Assembly: GCA_965153455.1 (NCBI GenBank)
Contig: OZ234493.1
Span: 15,676,213-15,740,212 of the forward strand
Length of the DNA: 64,000 nt
Reading direction: 5' to 3'
Source: Sphagnum compactum
Lineage: Eukaryota
Of the stretch, positions 51,201 to 64,000 are shown piece after piece (the stretch's first letter is position 1; each line of letters starts with the position of its first letter). The translations under genes and the position numbers were made by a program. The notes under the pieces were generated by a model. It was not told the DNA's origin. It ran no database searches and saw only the letters and a list, made by a program, of their open reading frames with translations.

Positions 51201-52365
51201 AGACCAACAAGAGTTATTTTAGCAACCTTGTGTTACATGGTTGTCAAAAATGTAAAAGCTTGTTGCAGCTTGAATGAGGATACAATTGACTTTGTAAATT
51301 TTGTCTGCCTCTTGATTGCTAGCCAACATCCTGACTGAGTCCTCCTGTCCCATTTGCTCCTCAGATTTTTGTTTTCTATTCTGTTTATTAGGGCTGGGTT
51401 TCCTCTTTCTCCTGTTGAAACCCAACCTTTTCCTCCTCAGGTGACTTTAAATATTAAGTATTTTGGAGTTCTCAGTACTTATGAAAGATATATTAAGTTA
51501 TCTATACCCACTGTCGGAAGCTGACAAAGTTAGCAGGCAGGAATGGCAGCTACTCACTGCCATTCATGATGCAGCTGATGTTCTAGTGCTTTGTGATGAC
51601 TTACGAGGTTATGACTGCACTCATTATCACCATCTTTGTTTTGGTTTGGTCAAAACTGACATACCCCAGTTACCCCAAAATGTTATCATGGAGTTTCCTC
51701 TCCAGTCTTGTAGATATGACATTATTTCTAAGTACACTGCATTGATGTTCTTTATTAATTGTTTCTGCAATCTCATATATGTTTGGCTGATTCTGACAAA
51801 TGTGGATCTGATTCCTTTGGTTTTCTCTTGTCTTGCCTTTCTAAAGTATGCATGACTGCCCCTTTATGCAGTGTGTTGACTGGATGGATCAATCAGTCTC
51901 CTTCCTGCTGAGATTGCATCTATATAAGCCATAAATGACTAATAACTATTGTTTTATTGAACAGGTGTGGCAATGTTGCAGCCATACTGGAACTAGATGA
52001 GAACCTCAATAAGAAGTTCACAGTCTTTGAAGCAGCCCCTCAGGTCAGTATAATGTGGCAATGCTGCAATTTTTGTCATATTTGTATGTGTTTTAGCTGA
52101 TGTTGGTGTATGATCTCTTTTCTTAGGATGTAATTTGATGTTGGTCCTCATTTGATTGATGATGGGTTCTTCTTGGATCAATTGGCTGCTATGTTAGCTG
52201 ACTGCAAAGCTTGGATTGGGCTGGCTTTGAAAGGAGGATAGTATTTGGGCAATCATGTAGTGTTAGTTTGGACCTGAAGGGGTAAATATCCTCTGGTTGT
52301 TGGTGATGGAACAGGAAGCGAGGGGGGTTCCATCAAAAAAGCCTGCACCTGACTATTTCTTATAA
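48201..52365 (+). CDS. PPX: Serine/threonine protein phosphatase PP4 (PP-X) catalytic subunit, 304 aa
   Basis: Exons 48201-48341, 48904-49056, 49438-49500, 49756-49841, 50064-50139, 50635-50900, 51965-52043 and 52315-52365. Motifs GDIHG, GDFVDRG, RGNHE, SAPNYC, N-terminal [11 protein letters not shown] and C-terminal PDYFL. A probable 5'UTR intron starts at ~47613. Confidence 0.96.
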
Positions 52366-53477
52366 CTGGTCAACACATGTAAGATGGCAGGTTCCTCATT
52401 TCATGAGGAACCCCACCTTTGTGGCAAGCAGGCTCAATCCTCTGAGCCGTCTTCATATGAAGATCGTTTGTGGAGGATAGTAACATGAAACAGTGAGACT
52501 CCTCATGAGACTTTAGTGTATGCTCACATGTACTACACATAGGGTTGACTACTCTGAGTGATGGGGTTCCATTCCACATCTTTTAAGTTGCAGTAGAGGG
52601 AAGAGAGGAGAGGTTAAAATCCAGAAGGTTACGTTACTGGACCTTCCAAATCAGGCTCTGTTATCTTGTACCATATTTTAACCAAGTGCTAACAGGTTTG
52701 CAGATGCTGGAGCAAATTGCTCATGTTCCTTCAATTTCTGCAGGAGAATTACTTGTCTGTGAGGTGTGGCCTGACCATTGAGTGATGTCTATAAGTAGGA
52801 CCAGTGAGGACTGGACTGGTGAGGATTTACACCCATTTTCCCTGCTTGCTGTTTGAGAATCTGCTGATGCTAGCAAGGCTGTTGTAGGAGGATTCATGAC
52901 TCACCTTTGCATGCAGTTCAGGGTTCAAAGCTTGCTGCTTCCTCTCCAGTAGGAAAGTTTCTCACCCTGGAGCAACGCAAAAAATAGCCTTGACACAGTT
53001 TTTCCAGAGACTTGGCAACGACACCTTGAAGACCTTTGAAATCCCTTAGCAGACCTCATACCGAATAGCATAGAACTTTGTGCGCAATTGTTAGTAGCCA
53101 ATTCACCAAAGGCGGAATGTACTCTTGCTGCCATGTCTGCGCCAGTGCTGGTTCTGCTTGTGCTACTTTTAATGCCAAGCAGCCGGTCCTCCAGAGTGGA
53201 TCCTGCCACATCTGTTTCCCAACTTGACAGTGTGACTCCAATGAGGACACACATGGCATTAAATTGCACTTATATGTTACTAAATTAATAAAATTGTAAA
53301 ATCATATTGACAGAATTAATGTCAATAGGATTGTCATTAGTAATCACATTAATGTATTATGGAGCTTGCTGGATACAAGCCATTGTGTTATGTGAGGTGG
53401 ATTATTGGGAAAAGAATGTGCCAAAGTTGGCAGATTTTGAGGATTCTTATTTTGTTTTGGGGTTTTGAAATCGCCAT

Positions 53478-53663
53478 ATTCAGACAATAGGTTCTAGCAT
53501 GTTGTGAACATATAGCAGGATTCTTACAATTTCTATTTTCTTCTCTGAACTATAGCCAAATTTGGCTAATTCAGACAATAGGTTCTAGCATGTTGTGAAC
53601 ATATAGCAGGATTCTTACAATTTTCTGTTTTCTTCTCTGAACTATAGCCAAATTTGGCTAATT
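53478..53663. repeat. Recent 91-bp tandem duplication within a cluster of agccaaatttggcta-type MITE-like repeats (~53420-54480)
   Basis: attcagacaataggttctagcatgttgtgaacatatagcaggattcttacaattt...ctatagccaaatttggctaatt occurs twice, nearly identical. Confidence 0.9.
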
Positions 53664-54011
53664 CCTCATGGGAATGATTGCTAGTGTGGTGACATCACAA
53701 AATTGGAAAAAAAAACCCCTCCTCCCTACCACAGTTTTTTTTTTTTTTCTATTTTCCCAAATTTGTGATGTTGCTCAAGTGGCGATTAGTCCATAAGTAT
53801 ATTTAGCCAAATTCGGCGATATACAAAATATGAAAGTATAAAATCTTAAGTACCCTTTCATATTGTGGTCAATTGGTGGAGAGTTTTGGCATATTTTTTG
53901 GTTTTTTTTTGGGGCAAATGTTTTTCAAAAAATGGTAATTTGTGACAGAATATTCTTCTTTGGAACTATTTTTCACAAAATGGCAAATATTCGCCAAAAA
54001 CAAAATCACTG

Positions 54012-54180
54012 CTCCCTACACCTTAGGTCTTCTGGTCACAAGTCACAACCATAGAACTCCTTGCCAATAGCTATGGGACTCCTATACCCATAGCTCCTAC
54101 ACCTACAGAGGGAGGTGTAGGGAGGTTGCAACCATTTAAGAGCCCTAAATGGGGAGCCTTCCAGGCTTACTCTACACTAG
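54012..54180 (+). mobile_element. Small structured element with subterminal inverted repeat and Helitron-like 3' end
   Basis: 12-bp IR ctccctacacct (54012-54023) / aggtgtagggag (54113-54124). Hairpin agctatggg..cccatagct. Terminal hairpin AGCCT-tcc-AGGCT followed by CTAG|T. Confidence 0.45.
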
Positions 54181-54693
54181 TGTTCTTTTTAGGAAATTTT
54201 TAATGTAGTCTAAGTGACCATCACCCATAGGAAGATGTTAAAAAAAATGACCATCATCCCTAGGGAGATTTAGCCAAATCTGGCTATAAACCAGATATGA
54301 AGTACAAATCTTTTAATCAACATTCTATGTCTATGGCTATGCATTGAGAACCAAACATAGAAATATGGCTATTTCTGCCTTTTTCCCCTCATTTCTGGCT
54401 ATTGAACCCTACAAGATCACTTCATTTTCGAATTTTTTCATTTTTCATTTCTCTTGTTGACGAAATTTCTCAAGTAAAAAAAAGGGTTGGCGTAAACCTA
54501 AAATTACCATACTGGCCAAACTCCGTTCACACGGGTGATCTGTGTGGCAAAAGGCCATTGCCGGTATGACCGCGTCCGGGTTCGTTCTTCTTCGCTGAGC
54601 TTTCGGAAGCTCGACGACGGAGGGAGGGTGTTGGTGAAATTTTGTTGCGAAATTTCTCTGTTTCGGTCCGATCGGGTTTTTCGTCTATTCACC

Positions 54694-56357
54694 ATGCAGC
54701 AGGTACTTCTCGTCTTCCCATTATTGTCTCCCAAATTTCCTTCTTTTTGTTGAACTAACCATGAGAGATATAGTAGAGTTGCTGCTGCTGGGAAAAAAAG
54801 GTTTAGGGTTTCGAATTTCGCATTTTGTGTGGAGAAGTTGTGAACGGTTTTGTTGTAGTCTAGTTTTTGCGATTGGAATGCATTTCTTTGTACTCTTTTT
54901 TCTTGGCTTCTTCTTCTTGTCTACAAAGACGACGACTGGGTCAACGATTGGCTCCATAATAAATGGAAGCAAGGTTTAGGGTTTGGTTTTTCTTAACGGG
55001 GACGGAGACTTGAATCGTGACACAGTAATCTTTCTTTTGATGTTGTTGATCCTGAAAAATTTCTCTTCTCCTTGATTGTAGATGTTCAAGAATCCTCAAA
55101 AATTCAGCAAAGCTTTCTCTTGTGAGTGTGGAGGGATTAGGGTTCTTAGGGTTTTTCTGATTGGGACATTAATCTGTTCCAAGTGTTCCTTGTTTTGAGA
55201 GTTGTGATTCACACAATGCTAGCTAGTGCCTTCCATTCCTTTACAATTTGTATAGCTCTGGGGATTTGTGATAATTGCTGTAACTCAGGGGAAAAGAGTG
55301 ATGTGTGGGGAGATATAACTGTGATCTTTTTCTAACACTTTTTTCTGAGTCAATTGACATTTTCTAATGTATACTTGGAACTATGCTTTTGGTGCCAGGG
55401 AGATGGAGTGGAGACAGAAGTGACATGGGAGGATCAACAAAACATTAACTTGTTTGGCCGTCTCAACAACAAGTTTCATGAACTTGAAGATGAGATCAAG
55501 GCAACAAAGGTACAGTTTTCTATGATTCCATACTGAGGTTGTGGGCATTGGACCAAAGGTGAGAACATGTTTTGCATGTATTAAGCCAGCACACAATGGA
55601 ATGAAGTTCTTAACCTAGCCTGAGCTGAATTATTGGAGAGATGTTTTATCAGCACTCTATGTACTTCTTCCTCAATGATATTCTTTTTAATACTCCCCAA
55701 TTGTTGGGAGTTTCTTCCTTCTTTGGGCATGGGTTGACCACTTGCTTGACACATCTAAAAAGTTACAGGAAGCTTGTGAAGATCTTCTGTTTCTTGGCTT
55801 TGAACCTGCTGATAATGACCTGCAACATATTGGAAAGGAGGAGAAAGGTTTTTTTTTCCATTTGTTTGCTTGCATGTGCAATGTGCAAATGAATGCTTAT
55901 GGTTGCTTGATATGACCAGGATATGGCAGAAAATCTTGAAGATGCAAGCAATGAGCTCATTCTGGCAGATGAGGAAGAAGTGAGGTATCAGGTTGGTGAG
56001 GTGTTCAGCCATATGCCCAAAGAGGAGGTGCGTTTGTTTTGCAAGCTGAAAAGATTTGAGCAGCTTGCCATGACTGTGGCTGATTTCAATAAACACATAT
56101 CTGTTCATAGACATGTGGAGTATCTATTAAAACTTTGCAATATTTTTGTGGTTGTAGATACGTATTCATTGATCTTTGTGCTCTTATGCATCTGGAATTG
56201 GCAGGTTGAGGAAAGACTAGAAACTTTGAAAGAAGAGAACACCCAAGAGCTTGAGAAACTGTGCAAGGAGAAGGACAGTGTGCTGGGCAAAATGGCAGAC
56301 CTTAAGAAAATTTTGTATGGCAAGTTCAATGATTCAATTAACCTTGAAGAGGCATAA
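54694..56357 (+). CDS. PFD4: Prefoldin subunit 4, 126 aa
   Basis: Exons 54694-54702 (MQQ), 55399-55509, 55920-56027 and 56205-56357 read [17 protein letters not shown]...[26 protein letters not shown]...[18 protein letters not shown]. Confidence 0.95.
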
Positions 56358-57609
56358 AGGGATATGGTGTGCAGCTATTGATTGACTCAGAAACCTGTCT
56401 TGCACTAGATCATCTCATAGATGGCCCTCAAGATTTGAGCTGAATTTTTGTCATGAAGAGATGAATTGTTGCTGATGGATGCCCTGGCACAAAAGAGTGT
56501 AAATAGTGTTGGGTATAAGCTCCTGCTGGTCAAACTGCAAGAAGCAAGAATGGTCATTTGGAGATCTCTTGCATTCAATTGAGTATAGGAAGTCTCTACA
56601 TGATGTTGGAAACTTCCTTCTGGTAGGAAGCTGTTCAATTGATTCTCTTCTTTCTTCTTTGTATTTATTAGCATGTAGTGCAGTCCCCTTTGATGTCTGT
56701 CCACCATGGAGAAGCCTCAGAGAGTGTTCAATAAGAGGTTCTGAGTGATGCTTGAAATTGTGAGGTTTTGTGTCACCAGAAATGCAGGTAAGGTAAGAAA
56801 GCTGCCTCGGAAATGTTTTTGACAAATGCAGCATTCACAGCTAGAGATACATTTGGAAACCTTAAACTAGAAAATTCAAACATACAAATTGCAGCTTGCT
56901 TATAAAAACTAATGAACATATGAAGCACACAAGTGATAGAAAGCATCTTTGTCCTTCAAGCCTTGATAGTTGCAAGCAACCCCACTAGTGAAAAATTCAC
57001 AAATTGCAAAAAGTGATTGAAAGTTTAAAGAACAAATTGAGACATCATGTTAAGAGTCCTGAGCTTGAGAAATGTTTTTGGAATGCCATGTTGATGATGA
57101 AGTTTTTGCAAACTTTTTTCAAAGAAAAAGAGTTCACCTGAAAATCAATAACCACATTTTATTTTGCTTCTTAAATCTTGGGGAACTATCTAGTTCTTGT
57201 GAGAAATCAATTGAAATTGGTGAAAATGTGTGAAGCTTAATTTACTTTAAGGTTTTATTGATCAGTTTGAACCAATATTGGGAGGATATAATTTTTTTTC
57301 AATATCCATCAATTTTGGTTATCTACCAATTTGTTATCCTTTGGTTCCCATTATTATTATTATTTTTTGAAATCACTTGTAATATCTTGTAAGGTGCCAG
57401 ATTTCAATATGATATTTTAACATTCCAGACAACAAAATCAAGATGAAAAGCAATAGCAAGCATGAAAAGGCAAACAACAGCAAGCACGAAGAATAGAACA
57501 GCAGCAAGTGTAACAAGGAGAAGCAACAAACACGAAGAGAAGAGATAGCAAGTGAGAAGAGGGAAAAAGCAGCAAGTACAATTGAGGACCGGGCTCAACT
57601 TGGTTCACA

Positions 57610-58222
57610 GATTCCTGAGTTTGAAGGTTGCATCAAGTTCATAAATGGGACCTTCATTGAGATCCGAAAGCTTTGGAACAATGAAGCATACAAAACTTGG
57701 TTCAGCAGACACAAGAATATGTATTGTATGAACAACATTATTTTCCTAGACCACCATAGTTTGTTCATTTATCTTGACACAAGGTACCTCAGGTCCTATA
57801 ATGTTGTGACCATTTTGCATCAATCAAATTTGTACAAAAATTGGCAGTAATTATTCATGCATAAGGATGATTATTTTGAATACCTATTGGGCGACCCAAA
57901 CTACATGGGTGAGGAGATATTTGTGATGCATCAACTTGGGAGGCAAGACCTTGCCCCAAGACATGATTTGGAGGCAGTGCATGCATATAACAAAATGCAT
58001 ATGAACTACAAAGTGCAAATAGAATGGGGCATTGGAGGTTTCAAATGCAAATGGAAAAAACTCATAAAAATATTGATTCCACCAACTAAAGTACAACCAT
58101 TTGTTTAAAGTTGCTATTATCTTCACTAATTTTCTACACAAGAGTCGTTTAGACTTCATAATCGAAGTCATGAGTAACCACATTGCCGATCCAACTCACT
58201 ATAACTAGGATGGAGATTATTA
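57610..58222 (+). pseudogene. PIF/Harbinger-type (HARBI1-like, DDE_Tnp_4) nuclease remnant
   Basis: IPEFEGCIKFINGTFIEIRK...YCMNNIIFLDH...YLLGDPNYMG...AYNKMHMNYKVQIEWGIGGFKCKWKKL is a degenerate IDGT / LLGDxGY / N..H...R..VE..IG.LK.RW pattern, with stops and a frameshift. Confidence 0.8.
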
Positions 58223-59238
58223 GTTATAGGTTTAATAACTCCCTAACTTGAACTTTAAATTTTATATCCGTCATTTTCTAATTCTTTAGTTGCTTTGAGG
58301 TTAGTTGTCACGAATGCCAATGCCATAAAGTTCATTCATTTAAATGTTTATCCATGACTTATAATGAACTTGTATCTAACTCTTAGTTTAGTTTCAATTC
58401 ATTTTTAATTAGCTTTTAGTTAAGTTTAAGTTCATTTCCGATTAACTCTTGGGTGAATGCAAGGTATGGTGGCTCATTTTTGGTGTCACAATGGTGTTTT
58501 TGTTGGATACCTTTGTTTAAAGGCATATGGTGAGTAATATATTTTTAAATCTATTAATTTGTAATTAAATGTAACTAAAAAAATTATTATGAAGATATTT
58601 GTGTAGTTTTTTATTAATAAAAAGTTCATATGCTAGTAGTAATGGACTTTTGAAATTAAAAATTATGGATTAGTCGGTTGACTAGAATGATAAAAAATTA
58701 AAAGGTTCATCTTAAACTTTATTCAAAATTATCTATAGTGACTTATCATATGAGTTAGAATGAATAATACACTTTTATGTGAAAAATTTAAGAATCATAA
58801 CCAAATTATACCTATGACTTTTGAATGCCCAAAATTAACTCGTATTTTTATAAGTCCATAGCATTGTTGTTTTTCATCCATTTTCAATTTTTCTTTCAAA
58901 AGGTGCATATATTTGTAGTCTCTACTTGGGTTCTTATCAATATGGACTTTATTGTTTTTTAATACATGGACTTTATTACCATTTAACCAATGGTAGCACA
59001 AAAAATTAGAAATTTAGCACTAGAACATGGACTTTTGTGGAATAAGATTATTTTTAAAAATGAACCACCATATTGTCTATTTACCTCTTAGTTCATTTTT
59101 AATTAAATCATAGTTCACTTTCAATTAAATACTAGTTCACTTGTTTTCGTGTTTGTGATAATTTGAACATACTCTCATCAAGCCTATTTTTGTTGTTTGT
59201 TCTTGTTATCTTTTTGTTTTGAGCTCATGTTTACATTC

Positions 59239-61608
59239 ATGGAAGAAATCCTTGTTATCCTAAACAATCTTGAATAGAAAAATCAGGTACTTTGTGAGTT
59301 TGTTGCTCATTTACAAACCAATGAAACTTCAACCTCTTTGGGATGTGTTTTTGCAACACAACCCCAACCAAAAAAGCCATGAATCAACCTACTTCACAAG
59401 TTTGATGGCACACATTCAAAATTTTGAAGTTTTATCAACCAAGTGCACTCGGTCATCCAACTTCATCCACATCAGTATCCAACTGGCCCAACCCAAGTTG
59501 GATTCATTAGCATTTTGTTGTCAAGCACGGCCCTCGCTTGGTTTGCTCCTTTGTTGGAGCATTAATCGCCCTTGTTCAATGACTTTGAAACGTTTTTTGA
59601 AAAGTTTAATGCCTCTTTTGGAAATTTGGACAAAGAACACACATCTAACATCAAGATACAATCTTTTTATCAAGGATCACGTTTAGCTATAATATATGCA
59701 TTAAAGTTTAGACAATTGGTTTGCAATATTTCATGGGGTGAAGCAACATTCATAAGTCATTTCCAATTTGGGTTATGAGGTGATGTGAGGACTTGCTACT
59801 CACCCTACCAGACCCTTCAACATTAAATCAAACCATTGTACAAGCTATTTGGTGTGACAATAGGTTTTTTAAACGTCGATAAGAGAAGCGTCATGAACCA
59901 ACATCAACAACACAATTTCTTTTGCACCATTAGCAACACAAAGAAGTTTTCCACCTACAATGCCAACCTAGCCTTGGCAACCTCACCAAAACACAACCCC
60001 ATGTAGGTTGGTAAGACAAGATTTAAGCCTTTCATGGAATAGGAAAAACGACATTGACATACGAACAATCTTTGTTTATATTTTGGAGAATTAGATCATG
60101 TTGTTCGCGAATGTCCAAAAAAATGTGGTCCACATGTAGCACATGCCATTTCTATTACTAATCCACAACTAAAGGAATCGAAAAATGAACATGTCAAGTT
60201 TCAGTAAAGACCACAAAGCTAGACTTTGATGCATCATGAATGAAAATGGGCCGAACCTATCTTTAGATCCAACACCATTTTTTTGGTACCAATCATTGTC
60301 AAATGTAGTAAGCTTATGTTAATGGAGGCCCAAACACTTCTTGATTTTGGCATATCAATATGTTTCATTGATAAAAAATTGATGTGACAATACAAGTTGG
60401 CTCTAATGAAAAAAAACACACCAATGTCGATTAAAGCCATTGATGGTTGGAGGTTTTCATCAAGACCAAACACACATGAAACCAAGGCATTAAATATTAC
60501 CATTGATTCTCACACCAATAAAGTGGTCTTTAATGTCATTTCATTTCCAACAAATCTCATCATCATTAGATTGTCTTGGTTTGTTTTACATAATCCACGA
60601 GTGCATCGGCATACGACGAGTCTTCACTTTGAAACACCACAGCATGAGGCCCTAGAATGTGAAACCCTTGTTAGAAGCATGTAAAATTTGAAGCAAAAAG
60701 AAGACCTCGGTGGTACAAAAAGGCCTAGGTTCCCCAAGCCTTTATTTGTTGGAACAAAAGCCTTCATGAATGCTGCCATGATAGAAGATGCATTTTTTAT
60801 TTACGTTCTTCCCTCACCAAATGTAAAACCACGTCCACATGAAATTCCTTCCCAATAGCAAGAATTCAAAAATGTGTTTGAGAAGAAAAATGCAAACTTC
60901 TTGTCCAAGCATTGACCATATAGTTGTACCATTGATCTTGAGGAAGGAGCACAACCTCCATCCGAACCCATCTACAATTTGTCACAAGATAAACTTGCAA
61001 CGCTTCATGAATACATTGACGAGAATTTCAAAAGGGGTTCATTCAACATTCCAAATCTCCAATCGGTGCCCCTATTTTTATTATCAAAAAGAAATATGAC
61101 TATTTACGAATGTGTGTTGATTATTGGATTGAATTGACCCACCACTAAGAATCGATACCCTTTGCCTTTGATATCAAAATTATTGGACCATCTAAGTCAT
61201 GCCAAGGTGTACACTAAGATTGATCTATGTGAAGCATACAACTTGGTGTGCATTTGAGAAAGCGATGAATGGAAAATGACATTTAGAATCCGTTACGACT
61301 ATTTTGAATATTTTGTGGTGCCATTTGGCCTTACCAACACGCTTGCTGTCTTTCAACATCTAATGAACGATATATTTCAGGAATACTTAGATAATTTCAT
61401 GGTCTAATACATCAATGGCATCCTCATTTTTTCAAAAAACATGAAAGATCACAAACGCCATGTACATTTGGTTTTGGAAAAGCTTCAAGAAGTTGGACTT
61501 TACGCCTATTTGGATAAATGTGAATTCCATTAATCTAAAATGGAAATCTTAGGTTACGTCATCTTTAGAGATGGCATTTGAATGGATCTTCATAAAGTTC
61601 AGACCATT
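59239..61608 (+). mobile_element. Heavily degenerate Tcn1-like gag-PR-RT fragment (no LTRs, RH or IN seen)
   Basis: KFDGTHSKF, LLSSTALAWFAP, decayed CLYFGELDHVVREC knuckle, LLDFG protease, [27 protein letters not shown] and PFGLTNT. Parallels the gag-pol of the 18.5-24.4 kb element. Confidence 0.85.
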
Positions 61609-64000
61609 CATAATAAGAAATCTCGCCTTATGAGTGAAAAACTAGACCAAAAACCAATCATTTTGACATTTGGTTAATTTACAAAATGAGAAACAACAAG
61701 CGCGAAAAAGGAAAAAATAACAAGTGCAAAAAGAAGAAACAACAAGCATGAAGAAATGAGCAAAAACAAGTGTGACAAAAAGAAATAATAAGCGCGAAGA
61801 AAAGAGCAATAATAGGAGCGAAGAAGGGCGCAAGTGCGAAAAAAAGAGTAGCAACAAGCGCAACAAAAAGAGTAGTAGGATGCATTACTAGATGAATAGT
61901 AGCAAGCACAAAAGGAGCAACAGGTAGTGTGAAAAGGAGCCAGTTTACAATGTAGGGCCCAAGCCAGAGCTCGGACTGTTTTTTATTCTGGTTTTAGGGT
62001 CTTTTTAGGTTTAGGGGCGGTGGCAACTTTTTTTTTCTGCTTCTAACAGCCTACAACCTACACCCTAAATGTAAACCCCATAATATCCATATCCAAGTAG
62101 GGATCTGATATCCTACCTGAATATCAAAATTTCAAAATTTTAAAATCATGTCTGAATATTAAATGACCAGATCTCAAGATTAAGAGATCCAAGGATAAGA
62201 ATATCATTTCGAATGTCATAATTTTTGGTTCTCAAAAGATTTTATAAGTGATATCCTAGGTGATATTTGATCGGGACATCCGAATTTTCAAGACATCCGC
62301 CCAACACTGGTTTAAACCACCTAAAAGTTCGAGAGAGAAAAAAGAAAAAGAAACAAGACTCATGCAAATGGGTCACATCGTTCATTAAAATTTTCACAAT
62401 GGAAAAGTTTTGTTGCTATTTAGTGACTTTTTTGACCTTCATTGTAATGTGAATCATTTAATGCCATTAGTAAAACAACCCTCCGCACTTTGCAGCTGGT
62501 ATAGTATTATGTGTAACTTTTAACTAAACAAGCTTATGAGAAAGCCTAGTAAAACTTGGAGATAGTAGCTAACTTGCATACCATGCAATTTGTTACATAT
62601 GAATGATGAAATATCCTATGAATCCATGAAGGTTGACAAAGTAATCAATAAATAAAACTTTCAAAAATGTGTTATTTTCTTCTAACTTGCTGTCAAAGAG
62701 TCCTCTTAGAGCATCCCCACCGGTGCTCAGTATGTGACCCTGCACATTAACATTGGACGAAAAAAACTCAAACATACGCTGGTTTGGTTCAGGAAACTAG
62801 TTTTTCTCCCGCATCTTTAGTCAGTTTGCTGCAGCTGGTAAAAAGCCCAGGAAAGCAAAGCTGTGCACCTGCTAGAGAAGAGTGTAATAAATATGATCTG
62901 ACTGCTCATTTCTGTTTTATAATTGGCCAATCATAATGATTGGTCCAGGTGGTTTGCTATTAGTAGTTCCCCACCTATTTGCAGTCCCGGTTTCAGTTTT
63001 ATGTGTGAGGTTGCAAAAAAGTACATAACTGATGAACTTGGATGCGAGAAATATTTGTGCAGGGTCACATACTGAGTGTGGTGGGGATGCTCTTATCTGT
63101 GTAAATCTAAGTGGACATAAAATGAAACCGTAGTACCTTGGTGGTTTTCCCACAAATTATGTGATTTTTTTAGAATTGTTAAAATTTTCAAAGAGAATCT
63201 TCAGAGATAATTTTGAAAAGAGAAACCAGGAATCTTTTATTTTTCAGAATGAAATCTTAAAAGTTAATTAACCGTTTGAGGCAGACGTGCGCCAAAGCCG
63301 ATCTCATTTCTGCTATGGTTGCCAAGTTTTGTTGGCGTGTTGTGTACAACTTCATTAAAAGGCACGGCTTTATCCTCATGGCTATTCCCACACACTTAAA
63401 AAATGGTGTGGTTTACTACCATAGTTCGAGGGTAGCTTCAACACATGTCTGCCAAACAATTAATTAATTTTGAAGATTCTCTTTTTGAAGATTACTCCAC
63501 ACTATGGAAAGCTTTTTAATTTCTCTAAGTAGAATAATTTCCCACTTGCAAAATCATTTGTACTGTGCATTGTTTTTGTTTCAATCTTTTGACCGAAAGT
63601 TTTGACATTTTCCTCACTAATCATGGATCGTGGATCATGGTACCATGATTCATCCAAAAAAAGTGTTGAAATTTTCACCCAGAAAAAAATTGTGAGGGAG
63701 AATAGAGAATCATTTGGAATAGTTAAGAATAATTTTTGTTTGTTTTTCAACACAGAATCTTGAGGTGTTAGGATGGAATTTTGTAATTCTTGTGTTCTCA
63801 CCATGTTCCCAATGATGTTCCCCAGGTTCTCAATGGGTTCCCCATGATGTTTCGCAAGTTCGCAATGTGTTCCTCGAGGGTGTTCCCAATAGTAGCTCAC
63901 ATTATCTCATATCCTTTGCCGAATGTTCACCCCCCCTTCTCACCATAATGATTGCTGAGCCAAAGGGGAGTCACTCTATCGTCACATAGAAAGTGCTATT

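Larger units (their letters stand above)
57273..62309. mobile_element. Composite TIR element with hAT-like termini and 8-bp TSD
   Basis: Left end caatattgggaggatata versus right end reverse complement cagtgttgggcggatgtc (13/18). Flanks gtttgaac (57265-57272) / gtttaaac (62310-62317). Related gcaacaagcgcgaagaa-type minisatellites near both ends (57440-57600, 61690-61940). Confidence 0.65.

Noticed and set aside
51593-51659. Possible intronic box C/D snoRNA (GTGATGA...CTGA) in PP4 intron 6
   Set aside because: No convincing terminal stem or recognisable rRNA guide; such short motifs occur by chance.
52925-53288. Overlapping ORFs downstream of PP4
   Set aside because: No motif or splice support; probably 3'UTR or intergenic.

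Overview
Eukaryotic land-plant nuclear DNA with spliceosomal GT-AG introns. A bryophyte, Sphagnum-like origin is my inference from the Tcn1-type chromoviruses and repeat style. Confidently built genes: two tandem SABATH methyltransferase paralogues (- strand), ribosomal protein RPS24, the PP4 catalytic subunit and prefoldin subunit 4 (+ strand). There is also an uncharacterised multi-exon gene at 640-3716 and a decayed gene with a SAP-like N-terminus (~37.4-41.2 kb). The ~17 kb between the SABATH copies is a transposon graveyard. It holds an intron-containing dead fragment of the DEK1 calpain gene, a non-autonomous CACTA element carrying a tRNA-like cassette, a full-length Tcn1-like chromovirus whose two LTRs are asymmetric (the 5' LTR loses R/U5 near the predicted TSS and is followed by unrelated DNA), and a PIF1-helicase + APE-endonuclease (Helentron-type) remnant. 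Further right are two non-autonomous Helitrons that share a 3' end but have different 5' ends. A 5-kb element with hAT-like termini and an 8-bp TSD carries only a Harbinger-type DDE nuclease remnant and a chromovirus fragment. All homology calls come from motif recognition by eye; no database search was run.
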